64,000 nucleotides of DNA, taken from Chrysomallon squamiferum (taxonomy: Eukaryota; Animalia; Mollusca). Positions within the stretch are counted from its first letter, which is position 1. Each line of letters opens with the position of its first letter. Under the pieces are notes generated by a model. It was not told the origin of the DNA, searched no databases, and saw only the letters and a list, made by a program, of their open reading frames with translations. Positions 1 through 13,519 of this stretch are shown in pieces. Location: the NCBI GenBank assembly GCA_012295275.1, contig CM022677.1, positions 4,464,001 to 4,528,000 on the forward strand. Reading direction: 5' to 3'. A program made the translations under genes and the position numbers.

Positions 1-3000
1 CCATCAGACAGTCAGTCTCATATCTCTGTCAATCATCTTTCCATTTCTTCAAATGGTTGCTCTCAAGTTAACTTCTAATATTGTCTATGAAAACAACATT
101 AAGCTGGAACCTGCTTGTTGTCTGTCTGTAAATATCATTGCTCCACATATTTTCATTTCCTCTATAATTTGTAATGTAGAAACACACAAAGCTTTTGCAC
201 TGTCATTAGTCTTGACAGTAGAAGTTTTTTGTTCCCTTCAATAATAACCAAGAATCATCCACTGTTAACTATTGGAGAATAATCAATCCACACTAATGTG
301 TATTGACAACATTTTCTCTGGAAACTGCTTTGGAAAGAAAAATCCACCTTTTGTGAATAATAATAATTGTTCCATATCAGTAAATACCTCATCTGTTTAA
401 ATTCTTCTCCCTCTTCTTGTAACTGAAGCTGATTCCAGAATCTTGTCTTTCCTGTAGATACAACAATAAAATGTAATAGAATAATAAGTATTTTTGATTG
501 TGTTTAATTGTCTGTAATGTTAGAAAGAAATTATTAAATATAAACATCATCTGTCTCTTATTGTAATAGATTTTAACAATAAATCACAAATAATTTAATC
601 AAAAAATATATATCTATAAAAAAGTATCACTACAAATTTTACATTATGGTCAATTTAAAAAAAACAATTGTCTTTTATAACCGAATTCATAAAAATATGT
701 GAAAGTATTTCATTATGAAAGATTTTCTAATATTAAACAAGAAGAATGCACTGATTAGATCAAAATATTTTAAAGTTAAGCAATACAAACATAACATGAA
801 AATGTAATAATAATAATAATACAAATACCACTAATATTTCTTAAAGCTGAAATCTATAAAATTGTGAATTCTCCTCTGAATCTTCAGCACTGACCTGCCT
901 TGCACTGTAAGGGAGAGAAAGAGATCTGAAAACCTCTGTCGTTGTACAAGTGTTTAAAAGAAATACAAAATTTGACATGGACTTGACAGTTTCCACCTGT
1001 AAATTGAAAAGAATTCATTATCACCAGCCTATAAAAATGACAGGCATTTTAGTTAAATAACTATTTGATAAGTTCTGTCATTTATTAATTTACTAACAGA
1101 TACCAAAGCTTTTCAGTTCTGTGTCACTCTCCACCAGGTATGTGAATTCAGTCACTTTGATTACAAGCTGCATTACTTTTTTGGAACACTTAGAACTGAT
1201 TCTATACATCTAATTTTAGATTTGATTAAAAATATATAAGTTAATAATCTGCCTACAACATTCAATTTATCCACAATAATAATCTTTTAATCCCAAAAGA
1301 TCAAGAGAATTCCAATTAATTACAAATATTTAACATTTTAAAATGTGATGATATAATTAATTCAAACCACAAAAAAGTCCTTTATACCTACAGATCTTTT
1401 TGTTATCTTTAAGAAAAAATATATATATTTTTTATAACATTAAATGACAGCTGAATAAATTCATAAAAAATAAACATTATCTGTGAATATCATTCAGTTC
1501 ATCAGCTAGTTTATGTATATTATTCTAACACAAAACTGCAGTGACTAAAATGTTGAAGTGTTATCTTGATCTGAACTGAACTTTTATCACCTACAAATCT
1601 ATGTTTATTAAAGTTAACAGATTTGAATCCTGAATGAGGAAGTGATCCAGCTGATAAAAAACAAAACAATAAATGAACGAAATAATGCAGACACTGCAAG
1701 AGTAACACAGAAACTAATCAACTCTGTGTCATCTGATATATAAAGTTTTCACTGGTAGGAAACAGAGTTGTAAGGATTTACATCTGCTTCTTCCTGAACA
1801 ATGGCAGTTTATAGCATAATTACCACCAACTTGATCACTATGCATTTCGAAGGTACATTTTTAATGAATATCAAGGAATTTTTATAAAACAGAATCAAGA
1901 AATGAAGTACTGGTTTTGACATAAGTATAAAATGTACTGATCTGTCTTCTATCTGAGTTACCTGAAAGGTCTTCCAAGCTGGTCAACAAAATCCTCTGAA
2001 ATGCTGAATCAAAGTTTGTGCTGGTGGTATGATAGCTATATTTAAACAACTATCCTGTTTCATGTATGAGTCACTGTTTCTTACTATTTGTTCAAGGTCA
2101 GGACATTTTGTGAATTTTGTACATTCCCCATTTTTTAGCCAGATTTATCTAAATAAATAAATATAGAAAGAAAAATTAATAAAATAAAATAAAAATAAAT
2201 AATAAATAAAAAGTAAGCATCAAATTTATCATTCTAAATCTTAACGTACATTATTTAAATGACTATTTTTTTACCTATTCCAGGCTAGGAGCATATGATT
2301 AATTTATTTGGGAAGAAATATCTCAGTCATGGAAAATTATTATAAATTATCAATGAATTATACTTAAACACTGTTTTAATACTGACTTTATTTATCTGGA
2401 TATAGTGGTAACATTCAAGAAGCAGCAAAAATAACGTTAAAAAGGACTAAATCCTTTGCCACTGGCCATTACAAGCCCTGCATTCATACGTACATATGTA
2501 CTTAAACACATTACTATTATTAATTATTATAAAACATAATGATACCACTTACTTTAGAACAGTTCTCTGTTTTATTGATTTCCTCTGTCTAGTATCAGTA
2601 TCAGATGAATTTGTCATCTTCAGGTTTTTTTTCTCATTATCACCTGCAAAACAAAATTACTTATTTAGCAATTTTGGAAGTAAAGCTGGATTAGCCACAA
2701 TCAATAAACTCGAAATGGTTTCCAGCTTACAATTTGTTATATCTGTATTCACTGAGTACATTTCTCTCTTTTATTTCCTCTTTCATCTTGAACTTCTACA
2801 ATGATCTAGCAGACTGTTTTGGCAGGCATCCCAGCTATTATTATAATATATGATCCTAAAATTGTGACAGAATTATATCTCATATCAAAAAACAACAGCA
2901 CATTTATAAATAAAACTTAATGAAAGGCGTTTAATCCCAAATCAAAACTAATTACTTCTGCTAGTTAGATTCTTTAACAGAATGAAAGTCACATCTATAG

Positions 3001-4269
3001 CTGATGGATGCTATTAATTTAAATGTTAAACATGCAGAGAAGTTTTGAATGCCAGTATTTTTAAATAAATATATAAATAAATAAAATTAAATATAAATAA
3101 AAAGATACAAAGATAAAAGAGATAATAGTAAAGGAAAGTGAAGATAAACTAAAATTCTCAACTTTATAGTGAAATAAATCAACATTAAAATAAAAATCAT
3201 TGCACAATGCAGAACAGAATTGTTGAAAGTATTAAACTTGTTAAAAAACTTGTCAAAGATCAACATAAAAAAAAAAAAAAAGAAGGCAAATTTAAAGTAA
3301 TAGAAAATCAAAACATCTGCCTAAAAATTTTAATTTTAAACTTTTATTTGAAGTTGTAAAATTATTTAAAGTAAAACATAACAAATAATGCATTTTCTAA
3401 TAACCTAACAAAATGAACTATAAGTATTATAACCAAACTGATTAAAACAAAAAAAACCAGAAGAGTTAAAATATTAATAAATTATTTATATTTTAGTTAC
3501 AATGAAAATAAATTTCAACTTTACAAACAATCAAACAAAACACAAAATTGATAATACCCTGTCAAAATTTGCCTGTTTCTAAATACCATATTTATTATAA
3601 GGCCTGAAATATAATATTAATTTATTAATAAGTATCATTTCTACGAACTCTATTGAAAAATAAATAAATATATTCAAAATAGCTAACCTGAAATATATTT
3701 TATTTGATATATTTATCTAATTATATAAACATAAAACAACTTCCAGTAACATATAACTTGGAATTAATCAAACAATTACATTTTCTTTGATATATTATTA
3801 TAAAATTAATTTATAGTGAAAACTAAAATGTAAGCAAGTATGACAAAGTAATATTTATTTCCTTATTAAACTGAATTATAAGTCTTAATAAAAAGACTAT
3901 CCAAATTAAGGCAAACAACAGTGCTTGAGCTATATTTGAAGAGTTATACATCTTGATATAATTAAAATTCTGTATTCTTGCTGGAACTTTTTTTAAATTT
4001 CATCATATTTTATTATCCTGTAATCTACATAATACTGATGCTGACATCTGTTTTAAAAAGGTTATTTTATTAAGTTTTGCTATGCTTGTATAAGTCATAA
4101 CTTTATTATTAAACTGTTAAGGTTTATTATGACAAAAAAGTACAGAAGTTGGTAAAATTTTAACTTTATTTATAAAAAATATATATTTCCTTAATTGTTA
4201 GAATCATCGAGTGTACAAAAAACTATATGATATAAAAATAGTTTTGTCGTAAAACAAAAACTGGAACAA

Positions 4270-4318
<49 letters not shown>

Positions 4319-7110
4319 GTAATAATAATAATAGTAATAGTAATATTATTATTATTATTATTATTATTATTAAAAAATTAACATTAGCATAATCACCACC
4401 ACTATTATCATAATAATTTCTGTTACTATGTTTTCTTAGATGCTCATTACTAAGAACTGACAGGTAATAATATGAAAAGATAGTTCACCTTCTGTGTATC
4501 TCCTTGACATCTGCAGCAATCTGGTGGATTACACATTATATATTTATTTAATAATTTTCCAAATGATGCAGTTGTTGCATAACCCTGTAGGAAAGAAATA
4601 AAATAAAACAAAACATGAATTTACATTCCTTTATAAAATGATGTGATCAACTAAGATTTTAAAATATAATTTTAATTTAGTTACTGATGTTGATTTATAT
4701 ATGTGTATATATATATATATTTTGTCTTCCTGTTTTACTAATTTCCTATAGTTGGCATGTACATTTCATATTTAAAATGATTATACACAGATAAAAGCTG
4801 AAGATAACCTTTACATATTAAAAAAGATGTTTGTTGGGTTTTTTTAAACATTTTCTGTATTAACTGTTAAATTAATCATCATGATATAATCATAAAACAT
4901 CTTATTGTTGATAAGAAAACAGGAGAGTGAAAATAAATAAATATATAATGTGTATTGCTAGTTAATATTCTCAGTAATACCAATGTGTGAAGTCATCACA
5001 GAAAGTGAAGGTGTGTTTGTTATAGATCTAAAAAGTTAACAAATCTTCTGAATGCTCTTAGTGATTTAGTTTTAAATATCTAAGAACAATTTGATATAAA
5101 AAGAAATATATCATCAACAGTTAAAAAGAAAAGATTTAAGGAAAAAAGAAGAAAAAAGAAACATTTATCTAATTATCAGCTACAGTTTGTTACACAAATG
5201 AAACTTAAGTCTAAAAACAGGTGTTTATCCATCCAAGAAACAAAAACAATACTTTTTCTCCTGTATCATTACATCCACACAAAACGTAATTAAAACTTTA
5301 CTTACCTTTTCACCATTTTCTGCAGTTTCAGCAGGCTTATTGTCATTCGTTCTGAAAGACAAATAACAGGTCTAATAAGTTAGCAGGTCATTTTAAATTA
5401 CTAAGAATTACTAAGAAATGTATTTAAAAAATTTTTAAAAGTAATAATTTAAAAAACAAAATCATTAACACAAACTGAAGTGTGTCAAAAATGCATAAAC
5501 TGATGCTGTTTTCAATAAACACTTTCTCCCTAGCTAGCATTACAAAAAATATGTGTCTGTAGGTGTGTGTATATAAAAACAAAGCAAAAAAACATTACTG
5601 TATTGGATATTTAAATACAACATATTCTTTTGATGGTTTAAAATAAATAATAATTGGGATAAAAAATTATGGCTATATATGTATTATAATCTGGCATTTA
5701 GAAATAGAGAAATGAAATTCAATTTAACAAAAAAGGTTGATAAAATTATATGTAATACATTTGTTTTTGCTCCAATGAGTGGCAATAAAAACATTTTTTA
5801 GTCCTTTTTCCTAAAAGCTCATAGAAATGACAAAGTTTCCCATCAATGCAACAACTACCACAGAGCAGTGGAACTAACCTTAAACCTGTAGTCACCAAGA
5901 TCAACATTAACATACTACAGTAAGCTTCTACACCAATAACTAAATGTGTTACTGTAGAAAACAGAAGACATATATGCTTGAAGTTTAACTTCATTACCTA
6001 GCTAAAACCTTAACTAAGACAAATAAATGTAAGTGAATGTTATATGTGTTACAGAACAACAAAACATTTCACTTGCAGTTTTGGCTTCCATACTGCCAGA
6101 AGACCCTGTGTAAGTTATTGTACTTGATGTCTGTACAGCCTGCTCTAAAATACTTGAAATGCTATTGCTGTTTGGCTGTCATAAAGTTTATCTACCAATA
6201 CCTGCAATCACATGGCTGAAAGGCTTACTGCATCATTCCTCATTATCTGTTGAGTATCCCTGTCTCAGCTGTTATGATTTAATACAAGATGAGAAGTACT
6301 TTTCTATTTGATACACCAGAAATTATATTAGTAATTACAGACAGGTGCAGTTATAATATCATATTTTATTACTAAAGAAATATTTTTATTTCTGTAAGCA
6401 GATTAACATTATTTTCACAAACAAATATTAGCAATTAAGTGAGAATGACCACAAATAATTTAAAAACTGGATTTATGACGGATAAAAAAGAAAGACTGAC
6501 TAGTAAATATGTAGAAAAATAAAGTCAGGAAACTTTAAACAGAAAAGTTATATAAATAAAAGACACGGAGAAACACCTAGAGATAAATGTTCTCAGTTGA
6601 TTAATACCAAACAAGAAAGCAATTAGGTATGAAATGAACTTGTTATGTTAATGTCTTTTTTGTCACTCAAATGAAACTAGACATTATTGATGACTGTTTA
6701 GTAAGAATGAACTGGAAATTTAAAAATCTCCAAAGAAAAGGATATAAATGACTAAACTTGCAATTATATTTAGTTTCTAGATTAAAAATTAGCTACAGCT
6801 GCAGCAGCCAGTAAATAAAAACATTTGTCTTTTGTCTTTCATTTACTTTAATTTCTTTCTCCTATTACTACAAACTCAATTAAGCTTTGTCTTAAAACAG
6901 TTTTCACTATACCTTTCACTAGCAACCGTTGAACTATATGCACTCTCAAGAACAGCTTTTATTAGCAAAGTCGCTATTCTATCGTCTTTCATCAACGCCG
7001 AGTTCACTGAACACTTTATCAGGATGGACCCTTCACTTTCCTGCAATGATAACGCTATCACTGTTTCTTTTTCCAAATCTAATATTCTGCTAACGCTCTA
7101 ATTTCATCCA
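1..7110 (-). pseudogene. Unidentified multi-exon gene remnant, running off the left edge
   Basis: Higher-complexity blocks bounded by polypyrimidine-AG acceptors and/or GT donors on the minus strand: about 6830-7110, 5750-6001, 5306-5351, 4489-4584, 2661-2855, 2552-2643, 1500-2148, 829-997 and 1-451. Frames are broken by stops, e.g. LGNEVKLQAYMSSVFYSNTFSYWCRSLL*YVNVDLGDYRFKVSSTALW*LLH*WETLSFL*AFRKKD*KMF. No family recognised. Confidence 0.55.
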
Positions 7111-7159
7111 TCCATCCATCTGCTGTACGTTTTGTAAGTTTCGGTTGGCGTCTTCAAAT

Positions 7160-7450
7160 GAAAAAGAAATTAACAACAACTCTCTGTACCAAGATAAAAT
7201 CCATCGTCAAGCCCACACTTACAACAATACATTACTCCAAAAAACATGAATAACAAGCACTCCTTCCGAGAGAGTTCCATTCACAAATCCAACACCAAAC
7301 GTAATTGGCTGAATTATAAAACAGTGACTATGATTTGATCTGTAATAAACATAACCAACCAATCACCACTATTATAAATTCTGCTGCAGTCCAACTCAAT
7401 TACTGAGTAACCATCCCATTGTGGAATGCACACCAATTTGAAACTGGTCC
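7160..7450 (-). promoter_or_regulatory. Possible promoter of the 1-7.1 kb gene remnant
   Basis: Residual CpGs around 6930-7300 and CCAAT/ATTGG boxes (near 7304, 7359, 7433) upstream of the first exon-like block. Confidence 0.25.
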
Positions 7451-8515
7451 ATGATATTCTGGTAAACTTAAAGAATTATGTTAACAATTATTGTTGGAGA
7501 TTTGGGTACATCTAATTAACTGTTTATATTTTTTCATAGTTTTGAACAGAAAAATGCAATGTGCATTAGCTTTAACTTAATATTTATAGTTGCTTTTGTT
7601 ATGTATTAATAAATATTGTATAAAAATGTACTTAATTCAGTGTTTATATATTAGTTTACATTATAGTTGTTATAAAACTTTGTCATTTATTAAAATAGAA
7701 ACATATTTTATAGTCAAAATGTTGAAGTATATTTACTTTTATTTTCTCATAATTTTTAAAAATATTTTAAAAATAAATAAATAAATAAAAGACAAAAATC
7801 TCAGATCTTGTATTATTTTCCTGTGCAGTTTCTCCAGCTTAAAAAAGCACATTAATTTATATTTCTCTGTATATCTCTACATCTCTTTATAGAAAAATAA
7901 TACCTCCTTCTCTATCTCTGTGTTTGTTATTTATGTTACAAAAATACTAACGATATAAAGCAACTACAAAAGTAAAATTAAAAAGCTAGGTAACTATTAT
8001 GTTAATTTGATTTAAAAATAAAAATAATATATCAATGCTTTATATAAAGTGAAATAAGAAAATGTAAACTTAAATAATTTTTGTCACAAAAATATTAATG
8101 ACAATAAAATTTTAGAAATTAGAATAATAATGATATCAAGACATTACAGGGCAAAAATTAAAGTAAAATAAAGATTATATTAGATATGTCAATTACTAAT
8201 GCTATCACTACAAAACACAACAAAACAAAAACAAAAAGAAGATAAAAATTAGATGCAATTTATATTAGAAATATATAAATGCTAATAACAACAGTATTAG
8301 TAAAAGTGATTTTAGTACTACACAAAAAACTCTTCCACAAAAAATTCCAGACAGAAAAACCAATGACATTATGTCAATTTATATACTGTTTATATAATTA
8401 TAATATTCACATAATCAGTTTAGTATCAAAATGTCTCTAATTTGAATTTCTGTATATGTGTTTGCATAGATCAATGTTTATTGTAGACATGCAGATTACG
8501 CATGACATGCATACA

Positions 8516-9640
8516 CCTGTATGTTTACCTGTTAGCTCGTTTCAGGTCACTGACACACTCTGCTGACTGCTGATGTCTGTATGTTTAACTGTTATGTCTG
8601 TATGTTTACCTGTTATGTCTGTATGTTTACCTGTTAGCTTGTTTCAGGTCATTGACAAACTCTGCTGACTGCTGATGTCTGTATGTTTACCTGTTATGTC
8701 TGCATGTTTACCTGTTATGTCTGTATGTTTACCTGTTATGTCTGTATGTTTACCTGTTATGTCTGTATGTTTACCTGTTATGTCTGTATGTTTACCTGTT
8801 AGCTTGTTTCAGGTCATTGACAAACTCTGCTGACTGCTGATGTCTGTATGTTTACCTGTTATGTCTGTATGTTTACCTGTTAGCTTGTTTCAGGTCATTG
8901 ACAAACTCTGCTGACTGCTGATGTCTGTATGTTTACCTGTTATGTCTGTATGTTTACCTGTTATGTCTGTATGTTTACCTGTTAGCTTGTTTCAGGTCAT
9001 TGACAAACTCTGCTGACTGCTGATGTCTGTATGTTTACCTGTTATGTCTGTATGTTTACCTGTTAGCTTGTTTCAGGTCACTGACAAACTCTGCTGACTG
9101 CTGATGTCTGTATGTTTACCTGTTATGTCTGTATGTTTACCTGTTAGCTCGTTTCAGGTCACTGACAAACTCTGCTGACTGCTGATGTCTGTATGTTTAC
9201 CTGTTATGTCTGTATGTTTACCTGTTATGTCTGTATGTTTACCTGTTATGTCTGTATGTTTACCTGTTAGCTTGTTTCAGGTCACTGACACACTCTGCTG
9301 ACTGCTGATGTCTGTATGTTTACCTGTTATGTCTGTATGTTTACCTGTTAGCTTGTTTCAGGTCACTGACAAACTCTGCTGACTGCTGATGTCTGTATGT
9401 TTACCTGTTATGTTTGTATGTTTACCTGTTATGTCTGTATGTTTACCTGTTATGTCTGTATGTTTACCTGTTATGTCTGTATGTTTACCTGTTATGTCTG
9501 TATGTTTACCTGTTATGTCTGTATGTTTACCTGTTAGCACGTTTCAGGTCATTGACAAACTCTGCTGACTACTGATGTCTGTATGTTTACCTGTTAGCTC
9601 ATTTCAGGTCATCGACAAACTCTGCTGACTGCTGATGTCT
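8516..9640 (-). repeat. Compound minisatellite built from the MCC exon 3' end and its 5' splice site
   Basis: About 10 copies of AGACATCAGCAGTCAGCAGAGTTTGTCAATGACCTGAAACAAGCTAACAG|GTAAACATAC, interleaved with variable numbers of a 21-bp unit ACAGGTAAACATACAGACATA. Confidence 0.95.
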
Positions 9641-9798
9641 GATTTCTGAGTTTTTAGAGATTTTCTCTAGAGCAGTCACTAACTCTTGTACTCTGAGTCG
9701 TTTTTCTCTTCTGAGCGACTCACACAGGTCCTGAGCTATCTCCATCATGTCATTCAATCTCAACTCACATATAGCTGGCGCTTTCAGCTCCTCATCTT

Positions 9799-9995
9799 CA
9801 TCATCCTGATGATAAATGATTATTCATTGAACATTTTACTAATTATGAAAGCTATCAGATTATCATCTTCATCATCCTGATGATAAATGATTAGTCATTG
9901 AAATTTTTTACTAATTATGAAAGCTTTCAGATTATCATCTTTTTATTATAATAATTATCAGATTATGATGATCGTCCTGATGATAAATGATTGAA
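9799..9995 (-). repeat. Duplicated MCC acceptor region (about 70-bp unit, two copies plus a partial)
   Basis: tcatcctgatgataaatgatt...actaattatgaaagct.tcagattatcatct is repeated and includes the acceptor atcag|GATGA. Confidence 0.75.
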
Positions 9996-10574
9996 ACTCA
10001 GTTATATAATAAAATTAGAATTATGAATGTTGTCTGTTCCTTACTTTAACACCTTGATGAATCAAAATTTAAAACATTTAAAATTTAATAATTACAAAGG
10101 TTTTCAATTAATTATTATCATAACGATACATTTAAAATTTTAAAAGTAATTATAAAAAAGCCTATCAGTGGTTATGGCATACAAAATCAATATTATGATA
10201 TAACCTATCATTATTACCTATTAATATTACATTTCTGTATTACATTACTCAGTATTCTTAGAAAAGATACAATTTAAAATTATAATAAAGAACTATGATA
10301 AACAGTATCAGTAGTTATGACACAATCATCTATATAGTAAGTTTGTATTATTTGGTTTTCTCTGTTTATATGAACAAGTCACTGTATTTAGAATACTTAC
10401 ATGAAAAAATAAACAGACAACTGTATAAATACTATTTAGATTTTTTCTCTTTTTTAAATCAGGTTTAAAACACACAAACGTGAGAAATAATAAAATTAAT
10501 AATGTGACATATCTACTGTGTATGTTATTATTATATTTGGTTCCCCTGTTTAAATAACTGTATCAGTCTAACAG

Positions 10575-11062
10575 CTAGAAGAGATAAAGTAAGAGAAAAT
10601 CACATGTTTCTGTTTGCCCAGTCTGTTTATATAATTATATAATTATATATATACTATCTCACTTATAGTGATAAATAAAACAGAGATAATCACATGTTTG
10701 TGTTTATCCAGTCTGTTTATATAATTATATATAAACTATCTAACTTAGATAAAGTGATAAATAAAACAGAGATAATCATATGTTTGTGTTTGCCCAGTCT
10801 GTTTATATAATTATATATATACTATCTAACTTAGATATAGTGATAGATAAAACAGAGATAATCACATGTTTGTGTTTGCCCAGTCTGTTTATATAATTAT
10901 ATATATATATATACTATCTAACTTAGAAGAGATAAAGTGATAAATAAAACAGAGATAATCATATGTTTGTGTTTGCCCAATCTGTTTATATAATTATATA
11001 TATATACTATCTAACTTAGAAGAGATAAAGTGATAGATAAAATAGAAATAATCACATGTTTG
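10575..11062. repeat. About 90-bp minisatellite, 5 copies
   Basis: agagataatcacatgtttgtgtttgcccagtctgtttatataattatatat...actatctaacttag repeated; abuts the truncated MCC coding block. Confidence 0.9.
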
Positions 11063-13519
11063 TGATCTCACACTTGAGATGCTCTATCTGTACTCTGTAG
11101 GCCTGCTCCTGTGACTCCTTACCACTCAGTCTCAACTCCAGAGTTCTCTTCTCCTTCTCCATCAAGTAGTTCTGAGCCTTCAGCTCTGCCTTCTCCATCT
11201 CACTCTCCAGCAGACACACCACACTTCATACGCCTCTGTCGCCTGGTACAAAGTCTGAACAATTTCCTGCATGTTAGAACAGCTCTGTAAATACTGCCCT
11301 AAATGTTCGGCTAATTTCAAATTTGGAAGCTGAAGTAGAAATTGTGAAAAAGTCATAAGTCAAGAGTTATTCTGAGATATTGTTTAAATTTTTATTTTTG
11401 TCTGATTTGAAATGGTATTACCACAGGCCAAAAAAATAAGCAAAGTTTAAACTGAGTTAAAATCACATTGGATGTCATGAAAAATAATATATCAATGACT
11501 TATTCTGTGTTATTTTGTTAAAAATGTATTTATTTTAGTTGACTTGAAACAGTATTACCATAAAGCAAAAAATATAACATCAAAAATCATGAAAACTAAT
11601 GAATAATAATTATGTATTATTGTTAAAACTGTATTTATTTGCATTATTTGATTTGAAATAACTGTAGTTGGAAAACATTTGTAAATTGAAAAATATGTCA
11701 ATGAATCATTTTCTGTCCATTTTTTTTTATTGTGAGGTGATATGACTTGAAATTACCACCATAAAAAAACCCCAACACTTTAATGAATTAAAACATCACA
11801 CTAGAAATTATGAAAAACATGTCTATGAGTTATTCAGTATCACTACAAACCTTTAATTTTGTTTTTCATATTTTTCCCTATAATTATCAGTCAGATAACA
11901 ATATACTGTCAGTATATTCAATTTAAGTATAAAATATTTTGTATATCAGTATAATATATATATATATATATATATTTTATTTATTTACTTAAATTAATAA
12001 TTAAGTATATGGCAAATGAATGAGAAAAAAAACAGGTGTTTGCAGGTGTCATTCATAGAATAAATGCCATATATTTGGTTATTCATTTAAATAAATGTAC
12101 AAATAAATAAATAAATAAATGAAGTGAAATGAAATGTTAGTATTTAGGTTTCTCACAAAATAAAGGTATATTCATATTCATTCATTCATTCATTTGTTAA
12201 TTTATTCATTCATTTGTTAATTTATTCATTCATTCGTTAATTTATTCATTTATTCATTCGTCTTTTACCTTGGTTACAGTCTGCTCCTGTCCAGCCCTGT
12301 TTACACAAACACTTATAGGACCCAGCTACACTCTGACAAAACCCGTTGGGACAAGTTCCATTTAAAGAGCATTCATCAACATCTGAAAAAAAAAACAATT
12401 TTATATTCAAATTACTGAAATTAAAAAAGAAACCAAAACCCACATATTCATGCTTATTTACATTAAAAAAAAAAAAAAAAAAAAAACCATTAACACAAAT
12501 ATAATTTACATTTCAAAATAATATTTGCATAGGTAATAATAAAATGAATAAATATGATATATTTTACAAATAATTATCTGTTAATAATTTATAATACAAA
12601 AATGAAATACATTTGGCAGTTAACAAATTTATGAATTTAATAAATTTAAATTTGATAAATTTTTATACATTCTACAATTAATAATAAAATTAAAGATGAA
12701 TGTAACACATTTTTACACATAATAATATGAATAAATATAATATTTACATTTTGCAGTCAATATTGAAGTCTTAATAAAATGTAAAAATATCTTATTCATT
12801 TTACAGATAATAAAAATTCATTACATAACTAATCTTATAGTTGAGAACTAAAATGTATATATAATAACAGGACTATGACAAGAAAAAAATAATTGTATAA
12901 TCAAAAAGGTTAAAATAAAATACAATTAACTGTTTGTATAAATTTCAAAATATAAACTTTTAAGTTTAAATACAAAATTTAAACCAAACTATAAAGAAAT
13001 AAAAATTATCTGTGGATCAAAATAATAATTAACTGAGGAGTTCAAAGAGATAAAATTTCTAAATAAAATGCTAATAAACCAGACTGAAAGAAAACAAAAT
13101 AAAGATAAATGAACAAAAATACTTTAATCAAATATTTATTTTTAATTTATATATATGTATCTTTCTGTCTATCTGTCAGTTTTATTTTATTTTATTTTAT
13201 TTTATTGATTTATTTTGCTATCTGTTACTAAAATATAATTTTAAAAACATCTGAAATAAATATATATTTGATTAATGCAATAGTCAATATTAAATATTCT
13301 TTTTTCAATGACATAAACATACCTTCAGTACAGTTTACACCAGTCCAATACCATCTATGCAACTTCCATTGTTCTTGCATGGATTTTCTTTGCAATCATC
13401 AATAGCTGAAACATTTGGGAAAACAAAATTACAGTATAAAAGTATTTTTGAAAAAATATAAATACATAATGAAGAATAAACAGAACTAAATGAATATTCA
13501 GACAATTATGAGACAAATG

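Larger units (their letters stand above)
9591..11329 (-). pseudogene. MCC: MCC (colorectal mutant cancer)/USHBP1-family fragment, two exon blocks (about 11064-11329 and 9591-9805)
   Basis: LAEHLGQYLQSCSNMQEIVQTLY, EKAELKAQNYLMEKEKRTLELRLSGKESQEQAYRVQIEHLK and LRREKRLRVQELVTALEKISKNSEIRHQQSAEFVDDLK*AN match MCC motifs (AELKAQLYLLEKEKKALELKL; RVQELVSALERLTKSSEIRHQQSAEFVNDLKRANS). Frameshift, TGA stop and large internal deletions present. Confidence 0.9.

Noticed and set aside
1500-7110. Assignment of the first gene to Lines/LINS1, SHOC1 or GEMIN4
   Set aside because: Only vague similarity; no diagnostic motif could be confirmed
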